64,000 nt of DNA from positions 372,001 to 436,000 of the forward strand of contig OZ241830.1 in assembly GCA_965202585.1 (NCBI GenBank), in the 5' to 3' direction. Under the pieces are notes generated by a model, which made no database searches, was not told where the DNA came from, and was given only the letters and a program-made list of their open reading frames with translations. This DNA comes from Thalia democratica (taxonomy: Eukaryota). The translations under genes and the position numbers were made by a program. Shown piece by piece: positions 1-13,800 of this stretch (positions are counted from its first letter, which is position 1; each line of letters starts with the position of its first letter).

Positions 1-1757
1 TCTTACTAGTGATAGATTAAAGATTGTACAAAAGCAAATGATCATAAAAGTATAAACAACAAATGTGTGTTAGTTAAGTGAAAGTGAGATAGATGCTGTT
101 CTTCAGAGATTTGTTTAAATTTGAAAATTGAAACATTGAAAAACGTATTTATTACAAAAACGAGCAGTTACTAAGTTTTACCACTGAACGGATTATCAAA
201 CTGCTATTCTGCAATTAAAAAATATCAAAATTTCATACTGTGCAAAAATTGATAAAAACCTAATAAAGATGTAATTTTAAATACCATGTAATTGATAATT
301 AGGTTGTTGTACAAAATTAAAATTTATATAAACAATGCAAAATTTATTATGTATTGTCTCCAAATAAAGTTGTTATAGGTAGGATGTAGAATTGTATTAT
401 TATGCCTTATACAGTATAAAATGGTTTTAAATGAAAAAAAGGCTTATTTGAAAAGTCAGGATGGTGTTTTTAACATAAACATTTGACTTTGAATAAAATT
501 AAAGCAAAGAAAGTTTTAAGTACTAGAAATACAGTATAAGTTATAACTAATAGTTAAAACATTTTAATATTTTAAAACACATTGATTTTTACACTAAGTA
601 ATACATTTTAATTAATAAAACATAAAAAAAACATTTGTATACCAAGGTACTGGCTGCCAATTTAAATTATACTTAGTTTTTTGAAACTGTTGTGTTGTTT
701 TTCAGTATAAAATAAAACTTAAAGGTCTAACTTGTTTATACTAGTTCATATGTATTATTTTTTTCAAATCGTCACAAGTTTTATAATGTGCAACTCATAA
801 ATTATAAAAGACACTTAACAGCGAGCTAATATCAAATTCGTGAATAAATACTGTATATAATGGACGATAGTAAAGTTATGAAGCTAGTTTTAAAGAACAT
901 AGCGTAAACATAGGTTAAACAAAACTTAGAAAACTAATTTCAATTAATTTCAAAGTTTTTCTTTAAATCAAGTATTATCTTACTATTTCTAATAGTCTTT
1001 CATGAAACTTATACCTACAGGTTTCATCCTAAGAGCTTATATAATTTTATCATTTCTATACAATTGAATGCATGTATTGTTTTAATTTGTTTATCATATG
1101 ATAAAGTTCCTTGCAAGCAAATTGAAAGCATAAAGATTAAAAAAAACTTATAATAAGTTGTACAATAGGTTTGGTAATAATTAAAAAACTTACTGTTTTA
1201 AATAATTATCAGACAAAGCTAAAATTTTTTATACTTTTTAGACTCTATTTTTGGTTTCACTCTTGGAATAAAAAAACTTGAATTTATTATCAGTTAAGTT
1301 TGGTATATAAACTAGAAACCATTTTATTTAAATGAGCAATGTCCTGGAAAGACGTTAAAAGGTATCCGTGGTGTGCTACTCGATAACCGAAAGGTTTTTT
1401 CATGCACCAGGTATTAGAACCAAATACTGTGAGCGCTTTTTGTCGTTCAATAAAAAATGAAGAATTGTCATCTTCAATCAACATAACTTTTAAACTTTTG
1501 AGAAAAAAATTGACACTAGATTTATTGAAAAACAACAATTATTATTCATTTACAAACTTGTATTATTTAAACAAAACTACAATGAATACACATCCAAAAT
1601 AAAAAAACTTAATAAAAGTAAAACTTAAAGTTTCATTCCTATGAACTTAAATTTGCACAAAAACTTTTATAAAATATTTTTATTTATTTATATGAGCAAA
1701 ATTTTTTAAACATAAAAATGTTTGTGTATTATAAGAAAAAAAAAGTATCTGTTCCAA

Positions 1758-2289
1758 GGGTAGCTGTCTAAATTGCACGAGGGGACAAAATTGCACGAGT
1801 GCACAAAGATACTTTTGCACGAGGGCATAAAATTGCACGAAGGGTTTATTTTGCACGAAGACAATTTTGCACGGGTTAATTATTTTCATTTTTTATAAAT
1901 TTTTCTTATTTTTAAAATATTTTTTTTTGTTTTTTATTATCCCTATCACCCCTAACCTCGGTCAGTAAATTTTTTTTTTTTACATTTTTGTTCACTATCA
2001 CTGTTACTCCTAACCCTTACCCTCGGTCAGTAGTTTTTTTTAATCAATTTTTATTTTTTTTACTTTTTATTAATTATTTTTACTACCACTGTTACCCCTA
2101 ACCCTTACTCTCGGTCAGTAACTTTTTTTATATTTAATTATGTTTTAGTTATTTTTCTGTTTATTTATTTATTTTTTACTCTTGTGCAAAAATTTAACTC
2201 GTGCAAAATTGACCCTTTGTGCCAAATCGTCTTCGTGCAGTTTTTTGTCCTCGTGAAATTTTGTCTTCGTGCAATTTAGACCCTTTCCC
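1758..2289. mobile_element. Non-autonomous foldback/Mutator-like MITE, 532 bp
   Basis: 9-bp TSD CTGTTCCAA at 1749-1757 and 2290-2298. Termini are GGG-N5-GTCTAAATTGCACGA at both ends. About 6 TTGCACGA subrepeats in each arm, inverted. Three internal CTCGGTCAGTA repeats. Confidence 0.85.
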
Positions 2290-2755
2290 CTGTTCCAAAC
2301 CACTCACACAACATAATGGTTCAAAATTTTAAAACATAAAACCAAGTAAATATGGTTTTAAAAATTTACAATTTTCAAAGTAAAAGTTGGAAATGTAAAT
2401 TTGATTATCAAATACACTTGAAACCATCACCTAACTTTAATTAGAGAAAAAAATCTTGATATTTGTATATGTTTTACTAACTTATCTATATTTCTTCATA
2501 AACTTTTGACATTCATTAATACTTCAGCTTCTATATTTGATTCTTTTCAAAATACAAATCTTACATAAAGCAGAGTTGCCAAAAGTTCTTAAAATTTTTT
2601 TACAGGTATTTGGAAATACAATGTTTTTTTGTTCATTTTAGTAAAAAATATGTTTAAGGTACAAGGCTGTCTTAAGCAGAATAAAAATATCGAAAAGATG
2701 CTGTAATGCTGCTTTAATTATTTTTTATAATAAAAATCTTTTTACTTTTATGAAC

Positions 2756-3209
2756 AACAATCCAATGTTTTTCATATAAAAGTTTTAATGTGTTGTTACT
2801 GCAACTCTTCAGAAACTTACTGCAGACATTTGAAACAAAAGTTTTTAACTAAAACTTTAGAAAACTACCTAATTGATTAATTAGATTGCTGTAAAAAAAT
2901 AATAGTAGGCTTATGTCTTTGATGTAGATTTATTCTAAGTCAACAGTGCAGGTATGTGATAGTTTGCTACAAACTTTGTAAATTAAACAAAGTTATTATT
3001 TTGAATGATTTTCTAAAACGAAAAATTTAAAAACTGGTTTTGTGTTGGTTTTTTTTACAGCAATTAATTTAATCACTTAAGTAGTTTTTCAAATTTATTG
3101 ATTTTAGTTAAAAAAAAAACTATTTTTTTATTTCAAATGTCTGCAGTAAGTTTCTAAAGAATTGCAGTGAAAACGTATTAAAACTTTTAATGATAAACAT
3201 TGGATTGTT
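2756..3209. repeat. Long inverted repeat (about 145-bp arms), probable degenerate MITE
   Basis: Perfect 25-bp match 2811-2835 / 3131-3155 and 15-bp match 2756-2770 / 3195-3209, with imperfect pairing to about 2898/3052. Confidence 0.75.
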
Positions 3210-4619
3210 CTTAATATAAATAAAAATCTTCAGTAGGCTTATGTTCGTGATATTAAAAATAAATTTAAAATAAAACATTTTTTTTATGTGTGGGATAGAT
3301 TTTTCGTCCTAGTCTAAATTTTATCATTTTACAATTAAAAAATTGTTAAAAGTTTCAGTATTTTTTGTTCGAAATTCCAGGTTTTTTGGCAATCCTGATA
3401 AAGTTTAAAATACTAGATATTTTATATGTGATATTGACTAGTATTTTGGTCGTAAAGATAGAAAGTTTACATAAAAATTAACCAAAACAAAATTATTTTA
3501 AAACAACTATGTAAATCCTATAAAGTTTGTACAGTTGTGGCAATGTAAAAAATAAATTAATTTAAAATTTGATCGTTTTTTGTCATGCCTTAATTGAGTA
3601 AAAAATTACCAAAATATTTGCTGTGACAGCACTAATAAAAATACAAACTTGTATAAACTTTTTAGCGAGGTTATTAATTTTGTCAGAAGAAAATTTATCT
3701 TGTTAAAAAGTTGGTGTGTGGCATTTAAAGCAATTTATAATCTTTAACTGTAATGAGAAAAATAACTCACAGTGAGAACTGGTAATAAACATATGCATTA
3801 AATTATTTTTATATAAATATTCGGGGGTCAAGGTTCGCGACATGCAATATTTTCTTCCCACAAAACCAAATATTACGTCACAATGCAACAAAATCGTCAT
3901 AATTGACTGTTGAACGGTTATTTTAGTTCTATTAATTCAAAAATCTGAACTTTATGCTTTAATATTTACATCGTTGAGTGAGTTTGATTGCCTTTTAAAA
4001 TTTTTTGAAACAAGATACTAATCTTCAATTGTTAGAATTTTTTTAACCATTTTCAATTTTTAATAGCTCCTAAATTATATAGTATATAAAACAAAAACTA
4101 ATTTATATAGTTAAAAATAAAACAAACAAATTTTTCAATGAACTTTTTATTAAAAGCGAAGTATAAAATTTGTGTTAACGACCAACTATTTGAATAAGCT
4201 AAAATAATTTATCAAAATGTATTATATTATTTAACACAGCACCATAAATATTAAATGCTTCAAAACTTTTTATTTATTTCATTATAAATTATTTAATTGT
4301 TTTTATTTAAATTTACCAACGTGAAGAAAAAAGAAATACTTTTTGAAGAAGTTCTTATTCGTACGAATCATAACAAAAATATAACGACACTGTCTTTAAA
4401 ATGTAATAATAAAAAAAAACTCAGAAAACTCAAAAAAAAAAAAACATTAAAAGAGTAAATGTTTAAAAACTTCAACAAACAAATAAACGAGAACAGTTAA
4501 AAATGGCAAAATTTGTGTTAGAAGAAGGTATCTAAAAAAGAGTGGTCCTTTTTATATTAAATGACAGTTTAGTATATCAGAGGAATGATTCTATGTGACA
4601 AATATTTCCTCTTACTGAA

Positions 4620-5200
4620 AGTAAAATGACGTTTCAACTCGAATTTGGCGATCAGTGCCACTTTAGATGTTTCACCAACAAAAATGACACCTCTGTGCAA
4701 AAGTGGCACCAACCGCTAAATCCGGTAGAACTTCGCTGAAAACAGCTTTTGTGACGTCATAATACGTTCGTAATTAAAGGTGCGAGCAAAGCTAAAATAT
4801 CCTACTTTTTATTATCTATATACAACTACTTGTTTTAAACTTCACGTTTCAGAGTTTTCAGTTTCAAAACAAACAAGAGAGGCAACCAACAGCATCAAAA
4901 CAAATTTTAATAAAAGTTTAATATTTATGTATATATAAATACTTTTAAATATAATAGTAGAGAGGTGGTATGTAGAAGCGTTAAAATTTTGTGCACCTAT
5001 ATATAAAATAACTCAACATAATCCTTTTAAAATGTTTTTTTTTTTTAACGTAAAAACGCGAATAAAACCAGATTCTCGCTCAACAAGGAACTACTTTTCA
5101 GTCGCGGATGAATTTTGAGTATGTTTTTTTAACTTCCGGCGGAGCATACAAAGTATTAGAATTAGATTTTTCTAAACAAATTTGGAGTTTTTTGACGGGA
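4620..5200. promoter_or_regulatory. CpG-rich promoter/enhancer-like region
   Basis: GCTTTTGTGACGTCATAATAC at 4745-4765 and an ETS-type CTTCCGG near 5133-5139. Target gene unknown. Confidence 0.4.
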
Positions 5201-7722
5201 TGTTTAAAATAAATTGCCATAAAGTTATTCATATTAAAGTTTTTAGAGCAAATTTGAATAAGAAAGAGTTGATAATGTTACTTTTTTGCTTAAATTTACA
5301 GTAAAATACCTGCATAAAATTATAGTGTGGATTTTAGATTAAAAACAAGAAAAGTTTAACTCAAACAGTTCAAAATTTTGCTAAAAAAATTGATATACCT
5401 AATAAAATTTATCACTAAAATAGAATTAAAGTTGGTTTTTGCTTTTTGAATTTAATACATTTTAAAATGCCTTGATTAACATAAAAATTGTTCTAATAAA
5501 TACTTACACAAAAAGTTATACTTATAAAATAATATCATTATCATATAACAAAGTACCGTTAACAATAAAATTACCAGTAATTTTATGAATTCCCACTTTC
5601 TAGTACAGTAACAACTACAGTTTAGTTCTAAAACATTTCAAAAGACTCCGTGTCGCCACTTAGCGGTTGTATTTTTTTGTTCAAAGCTATCGACAGACAT
5701 TTGTTCAAATTGGAATAAATTTCGCCATAAACACACACAAAAAAGCTCTTCAGAATAAAAATAGTTACAAAAAAATAATAGAAAAAAAGAAACTCAAAAC
5801 AAAATTAGTACCCTTTGTAAAGCTTTTGTCTGTGCCAAATTTGATAAAATTTTCAGGTAGATTTTTTTTTTTCAGATGTCTAACTTTCAGATATGGTGCA
5901 AAATCTCTGAATTTTGTCAGAAATTTCAAACAAACCTTGCTTCATTTCGTATGGCTGTGAAATAATAAAAAAATATCAAAAATTATTTAAAGTTATTATC
6001 TTTATTTTAGTACAAAATACATCAAAGTTTCGAACTATTTTGTATGTAGTTTAAATAAACAAATAAAAAAACTACTTTTAAATTTAACAAACCGCAACAG
6101 AGAAAAAGATTTAAATTTACAAAATTTTTGCTAATCAGGAAGTTTTTATCAGTAATATAAAGTTTAAAAGAATAAATTTAATTTCAATAGAGCTTGTTCA
6201 ATTGACAAGAAGTTTTGAAAATAAACACAAATTAAAAGACACATCTGCATCTTTATTTTGAGTAAAAAGTTTTATATTGTTTAGTAAACAAGTTAGTGTC
6301 TTTGACTTAAAATTTTTTGTGTGTTATCAATATTTTTACAGAACTGTTCTTATTTTCAAAAGTATAAGACTAAACTCATAAAAAAATACTGTACTTTTAA
6401 AATATAAAACTTATATTCAAACGATAATTTTTTTTACAATATGGTTATATTTAGAATAAAATAAAACCATTTTTTATTCAGTAGTAAATTTGGTAAACCA
6501 CTAAATATTTTGCTCTTTCAAGCTCATATAAAAGTTTTTTGTTTAAATAATATAAATCACTTAAAAACTTTTTTTAATACAAAACACAATTGACTTTATT
6601 ATTTTATGTAATACTAGACTACTATATTTAAACTTTAAAGAAAAATATTTTGAACTTAATTTAAACTAGATAATAGTTAATTAAATATGCAATAAAATAA
6701 AAATATACATAACTATAAAAATGGTCACAAAAACTTTCTGACATTTAAAAAATTCAACCATATTTTAGCTGCCACATTTACAAATTTTTAAACCGAAATT
6801 CTACGCGCAGTTTTAGTGAACTCTCCAAAGGTTAGAAAAATATCAGCAAATTAAATTTTCAACAAAAAACTTAAAAAACTTTTTTGAGTGACAATCGAAA
6901 TATTCAAGTCCATCGAATACCAAATGGCTTATTTAAAACTTCACGCCAAATCAAATTTGAAAAAAATATTCAAAAGTCGAGATTTTTTGGCGATAAAAAA
7001 AGTGAAAACTTCTTGTTTATTGTTAAGCGATGTGTGCCTTTTGATAATTTCAAATTTGTTAACTGAACGCTTGAGTTTTAGTTATTAAATATTAAAAAGT
7101 TGATGTTTATCTAATTCTGTGGCAGCATTATTTCAAGAAAAATGGATCTTTAAAAGCTTTTTTGCTCTAAACTGTAAAATAAGCTTTTGTATTTATTTTT
7201 ATTACCGTTTTTACTATCGTATAAAATTATTTTAGTGTTTGTTTTAGTTAAACTTATTTACTTTTTTTTGTTATTTTTGTGTATTTGGTTCAAACTTTAC
7301 AGATTTTAAATACGTTGTAAAACTTGATACAAACAAACTTAATTAACTTAAAATATAGAAAAATTGTATAAAAAACTTAGTCTAGAGATTCGTTTTTACT
7401 TGTAATGTTAAGGACTCAATAAATCTGATTATATTATAAACTAAGATGTTTATGTTTTTGTTTATACAAAACAATATACTTGGTAATGTTTTATTACCTA
7501 ACAATTATTAAACTAGACACAATTTTCATTTTTATGATTTAATGCATATCATAACTATCTAACTTCTTGTATTTAATTACTCTGGTAAAGTTACATAACT
7601 TACTAACTTATGTTAATAATTTGGTAAGTTACAAAACCATCTATAACATGTAAACAATATTAATCACATTTCCAAAGTTTTGTCTGAGACACAAAAGTTA
7701 CATAACTCGTATAAAAATAAAA

Positions 7723-7842
7723 TCAATAACTAACATCTTGAATGTTCTGACATTTTTTCCATTTGCTGTTTGTGTGAACTTTGAAGTTAACTTTGTTTTT
7801 GTCCGGTCCATTCATCAACATAGCAGCTCCTTTCTTTGAATC
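7723..7842 (-). CDS. FAM117/GLCCI1: FAM117/GLCCI1 coding exon 10 (probable last exon)
   Basis: [28 protein letters not shown]...VSY*. The exact acceptor is uncertain by a few codons. A GTTAGT at 7729-7734 could alternatively be a donor. Confidence 0.75.
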   Translation of the reverse strand, partial: [39 protein letters not shown]

Positions 7843-10800
7843 CTTTATTTAATAATTATCAAAGTTTATATATAAAAATTTATTATTTAATAAATTTTTA
7901 GTTAATAAAAAAAAACTTTGACATCCAGTAAAAAATACGGTTATTAAATTTTTTAAGTAGATAAAAGTGTTGAAAAGTATTTTAAAGAAATTATTGTATA
8001 AAACAAACGTAATTGTAGTTGTTTTCCTTGATAACTTTAATTTGTTCAGCACCATCTGGGGGTTGCCTCTTGAACTTGTACGAATTGTTGGGTCTTGGTG
8101 ATGAAGCGTATTTCGGTTGTGAGTTGTACTGAGCTGATATTTGATCTGTATTATAATATTTTATTAAGTTATATTCATTTAATTAAAACTATAACTTTCA
8201 TTAATAAAAAAAAATTGTTATTTGTTCATACATACAAAATAATTTTAAAACAACCAATGAACTAAATATTAACAATAAAACATACATTAGCACTATGTAT
8301 ATAAAAAATTTTAATTAGTTCTTTTTTTTGTTTGAATATTTTACTAATTAAAACAATTTTTTATAACTTTTTAGTTCTAGTGGTATTTTTAATAATTGTC
8401 ATAAGTAAAAAAGACCAACTTAACACAACTAAACAAACACTTCAAACATTTTACCATTACAAACAAAACTTTTTAATGAATTGTTGTTTTAAATATTATT
8501 ATTTTTTGTTTGACGCTAGTTGAAATAATAATATGTTTGAAAGTTTGGTGACAGTTGTTTCTAGTTATTAAGATATATGGTTGGCAATGTAGTGCTAAAT
8601 CAACAAAAGTATTATAATAAAAACTAGACTTGTTTTATTTCATCAAATGAAAATTAAATAAACTTTTAGTCATGATGTAATTCAATACAGTTTTAGGTGT
8701 TTTTAAATTTAAGATGTTTTTAAATTTCTACGCATGAATAGATAGTAAATATTATTGTGTAAATTAATTAAAAAATACCTTTAAACTTATGCTAATAAAA
8801 AGCATAATAATTTCACTATCAGTTAGACTTTGTGGCAGTGATAATTAATCTATGGCCAGTTTAATTTTGTTTAATATTTTGTGCTAAACAAATTATAACA
8901 CGAGTTTATGTTAGATAAAGAAATTCAATATTTTTATTTCATTTTACTACTGGGTACTTCTATAATTCTTAAGTAAGTTAATAATTTTATTATGTAGTTT
9001 GTTTTGTAAAAATACACCTTAACAACTAACCACATTTTGTTTTTTGTTTATATTTTGTTATCAAGTAATAAAGGTTTTTTTTTTCAATAAATAAACCTTA
9101 AAAACAAACAGCAAAAAGACATTTACTTATCAACAAAATATTTTTATTACTTTTATTGCATGTGGCGCTTTATGGGCCAATAAATAAAAAAAGATGCTTT
9201 CTGTTGACACAAGCTCCGTCGAAATATTTACTATAAAACGTATAAAAAAAAGTTTGTTGTGCGTTACTTATGTGTTTATAAAACAAAACTTTGCGATGGT
9301 TCATTATTTTACTTAAAAGCTTTGTGTGTTTGTAAACAGACTGCATTTCATGATGTTTCTCACAAAATTACTATGCAACTGATGAAATAAGTTTATTCAT
9401 TACAGCAAAAACTTGGAAAACAAACAGTTTCAAGTTTAAAAAAAAATTAATTTTAATTGGGGGACAATTGGTCAACAATTAAGTTAGTAACATAACACTA
9501 TGACCCTTAAAAAAGCTATTTTATTGGTCAAAGCAAGCAGTATTATTTTACGTAACTGGTGAAGTGAGTACTTATAGTAGGTAATAAATGAGCAGAATAT
9601 GACAAAATGATGTGATTATTTGGCACTTTTATATTGAGAAAGTGCAAGTGTATAGTACTATTTATAAAATAATCAATTTACTCTGCAGTTTTCAATAGTT
9701 TGAAGCTTATATAGTAGTTTTAAAATAATTTGACAAATTCATAAATTTAAACCTAATTTTCTTAAACAAGTTAAATGTTTTATTTACCGTAATTCAATTA
9801 ATCTAATAAACATTAACACAAACCTCTGATATTATTATGCTGATTTGGAACGAGGTAGATCTGACTCTTTTCTTCCTGAACTATTTCTTTCTGAACTTTT
9901 GGAGACGCATTTCTTGAAACTGACACTTCTGTTTTCACAGCAATAAAAGTTTTCAAAAAAAAAAAACTTTATTTAAAAAGTAAATAGTACTTTTAAATGT
10001 TTCATAGTAGTAAAGTTACACTTCAGGAAATAAGTGTTACATAAACTCTTTACTTCATAAACTTCTCATAATATATACATTTAAAATATGATACAAAGCA
10101 GTGAATTTTACACAAACATAGGAAACAGAATTGTGAACAGCCAACTGAAATCGTGACAAAACTCAACTGAATTCAAATATAAATCTGAGAGGTCATTGCG
10201 AAATCGATTTTTACAAATCTCATTTAAAAAACTCCATCCCAACTTAACTTAATTGATCTCGACTAAGAGTTGATGCCGCTTCAAACTGAAACAAACAAAA
10301 AACTTGACCCAAATTCGAACGCAACTCGAGTATTTGCGCAGTGCGCTTCAATTTCGACATTAGCAGGCTTTTGTGACGTCATAATACAGCGACGCGTTCG
10401 AACAAAAAACAGATTTTCTTTCTTTTTCGTCGTGAGCCGGCCTTTCTTGTAAGTTTTGACACTTTTCGTACGAATAATGCGAGGTTTAATTATTGATGGA
10501 AAATATTTTGTGTCTTTCTCATGTAAAACATTTCGAAATGTTTTTACTTTAAGATCTTATATTTAAATAACGTAAATTTTATTGTTTTGTGCGCAGTTGT
10601 TTTAAATTTAATTACTGATGCCGGGTATTTTTCTTATTGTTTCAAATTTAGTAAAAATTTAAGACACTATATGTAATTTTGAACATCAGACTTTTACAAA
10701 ACTCAAGTTTTTTTTTTTCCGTTTAGGATTAAGTTTTTTTAAAACTAACAAAATTTATTTTTAATAAGTAGGTGTGCTTAGCAAAACAATTAATTATTTT

Positions 10801-13800
10801 AACAACTTAAAACTCACCTTTAGTCTGAGTGTCAATGCTTCTTGTTGAGGCACTTCTGGCTGGAAACGGTGCTCTATGGCCATCAGGTGGCGTTATTCCC
10901 AAATACTAAAAAACCAGTTAACTTATTTAATTGAAGCTTTTTATTTATACAAACTGTTAAAGATTTTTTGTTCAGGTTTAAAACTTTCAAAAATAAATAA
11001 AAAGTAATGGGAAACTTTTATTTGTAATAGGATTATTTTGTTTTATAAACAGTTTTCGGCAAACAACACATCAAACTTTAGTTTTTTTGAAAATATTTAT
11101 CCAACCAAACTGTATATAATCAAATATTTTCCTTGATATTTTCTAACAACCGTTTTATTTGTAAATATTTTGGCGCGTTTATAAATATTAGAAGCCTTCT
11201 TTATACAAATAGCAAAAAATTTCGTAATTTTTTCTATTCACATTTCCCCTTGCAATTTGAGCAAAAAGTTTTTTAGATTTCTTTTGTCACATACTAAAGC
11301 TTGTTTATTTAAAACTTGTTTTATTCTTTTGTCATTCTGAATAAACTTTTCAAGTTTTTTCACATCTTTATAATGGGTAGAATAAACATATTTTTCTTAA
11401 TATTTATTAAAAAGTTTAAAAACTTTGTCTTAAAAAAATTCAAAATGTATTAAACACTATTTTCTTACAAATTTTATAATGTCAATGATTTTGTTGCCCG
11501 AACTTTTTAATTAAAAGCCTTATAAAATTAAAAAAAGGAGTTAGCATAAATTTTAAACTTTTAAAAATGCCACTTAATTTAGGAGAAAAATGAAGTTTTT
11601 CAGTTCATGATCAGATTAAGTAACTTGAGTACAGTCAATTATAACAGGGACTTTTGACATTTTAGGAGAAAACAAAATAATTTATTAACCTTTTGTCATT
11701 TTGACACACAATTTTTTTGCTAGTTTTTATTTTCTCAAAAAACCTTTTTATTTATGCTTCAACTTTTTATGCATGCAAATTAATTAAACCTTATACGATA
11801 ATTGACGTTTCGAAATATAAATAATTCACTTTCGGTTCAATTACAGAGGGAAATGATAGTAGGGACGAGTAAGCGGCAGTTTTAAATTACTCAAAGAAGT
11901 TTTACATAACGCAGGCCTTTCACGAGCATTATCTTGAAACTTGTGCAAGAAATAAGCTCCTTTGTCGTCGTGAAAGACCAAAATAATGCTTTGAAAACTA
12001 ATGAACTCAACAAAAACAATGTCCAAATTTTTATTTAGAACCATGTCCAAATAGTCTTTAAAATCTAAGAAAATAACTGCATCCATTTGTAGAAATTAAA
12101 AGGAGATAAAATACTAAGATTATAGCAACTAAAAAAGTAAATATTTCAACTAAAAACTTTTATATAACAAAGACCTTGCACAAGCATTATCTGAAAATTT
12201 ATATAAAAGTAAATTAAGCTATTTTATGCTGTTAAAGATAAAAATAAGGGCATAAATTTTCAGATGAACAAAGAAAACTGGCCTTGAATAAATTATTTTT
12301 GTGGAAAAAATAGATGCTTTTTCCTGTATTTTTGAAGCATACATTATTTATGTTGGTGCTTAGAAACCGAATATAAATAGACCAAGTCAATAAAACAAAC
12401 ACTACAAGGTTATTTAAACAAACGCACCTTGAAATTTTGTCCTGATATTACAGATTAAACCCAAAAAACAAATAAAAATATGCTTAAAAATAGTTAAGGT
12501 TATTTTACCTATTCTTATTAATAATCATTTAGTAAAGTTTTATCCTAATAATAGTATAATATTTTATTTAGTTCAGTAATTTAATACTTTCATATCTATT
12601 TAAAAAGCTCAAACTATACTATCAGGGCTAAAAACATCATACTAACTGAACTTTTCAGTAAAATAAATTGAGATACAATGGATTATATTTAAGATATAAC
12701 GGGTATTTTGTAAGGTCAATTTCAATTCGATAAGTTGTTTGATTAGAAACATTGCAAAGCATTGTTCACCAAAAGTTGATAAATTATCATCAGTTTTTGC
12801 TGGTCGATAAGAAAAACCATTGATGTTTTACAGCTGCTTAAATTTATTTCCATCAAAAAAGTTACAACAGCTTTCAGTAGTGATAAACTCAACAAGGGAA
12901 GCAGTATCACTGTAGTAGTAGTGATGTTTAATAATTAATAATTAAATCGGCAGTGTTGGCCAGTAGGGAAAAGTGACCTAGTTTATGACACAAAAGAAAT
13001 AAATCAATAAGTCAACTCTTGCTAGTAAACTCATTGAAGCTCAAGTCAATATAATAACTTTCACTGATAAAATATTCAGTTTTATTATATAGTAAATCTG
13101 CTAAACAAGATTTTACTTTACTTGGGTTTAATGAGCAAAATGGAGATAAACTATAAAGCATCTTAAGACATGTTTTGAATAATTAAAATCAATATAGGAG
13201 TCTAATAAAGCCATTCAAAATTTCATAATGCCCCTATCCTTTAAAAAATAAAATTTCAATCTTCCTAAAAAAGCTTTATTAATATACACATATTTAAAAA
13301 AAATTAAATACTCTTATTTGAAATTTTGTCTCAGTAAAATTTTTTTACTTATAAGTAACTTATTATTGGTCGAACTAAAAAGATGCTTTAAAAAAAAACT
13401 TGGGAAAAGCAAAGCACCCGTTGACAGAAGGCATTAGCCAGAGAAAAAAAAAAGTCTGTAATTTGCATGAAATTCTGGTTGAAAATATTCAGATAAAAAG
13501 ATTTGCTCGAAGCTTCGAATTTGCTAATAATTTATGTGACTCACACTTAAAAGTCGATAACAAGATTTCAAGCAATTTTGTTGAGTAAATATTTGCCCAG
13601 GATGTTTTCTATTTTGCTTGAAAACTTTCAACTTACTTTGATAACTTTTTGCATGATTTTACTTTGAAGTTAAAAACTAATGCAAAATTAATTTTTAAAT
13701 ATATTGAAATATAATTTACTAAACATAGTTTTATTTTAATGTAAGTTTGAGTCTCCTAACCAATAAAATTACTTTTTAATAAACATCCTAATTTAAATTT

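Noticed and set aside
1290-1538. VMLIEDD as a bacterial response-regulator fragment (horizontal transfer)
   Set aside because: The rest of the ORF lacks receiver-domain features; a 7-aa similarity is insufficient.
10270-10452. 60-aa plus-strand ORF in a CpG island
   Set aside because: No homology or splice context; better explained as a regulatory patch.
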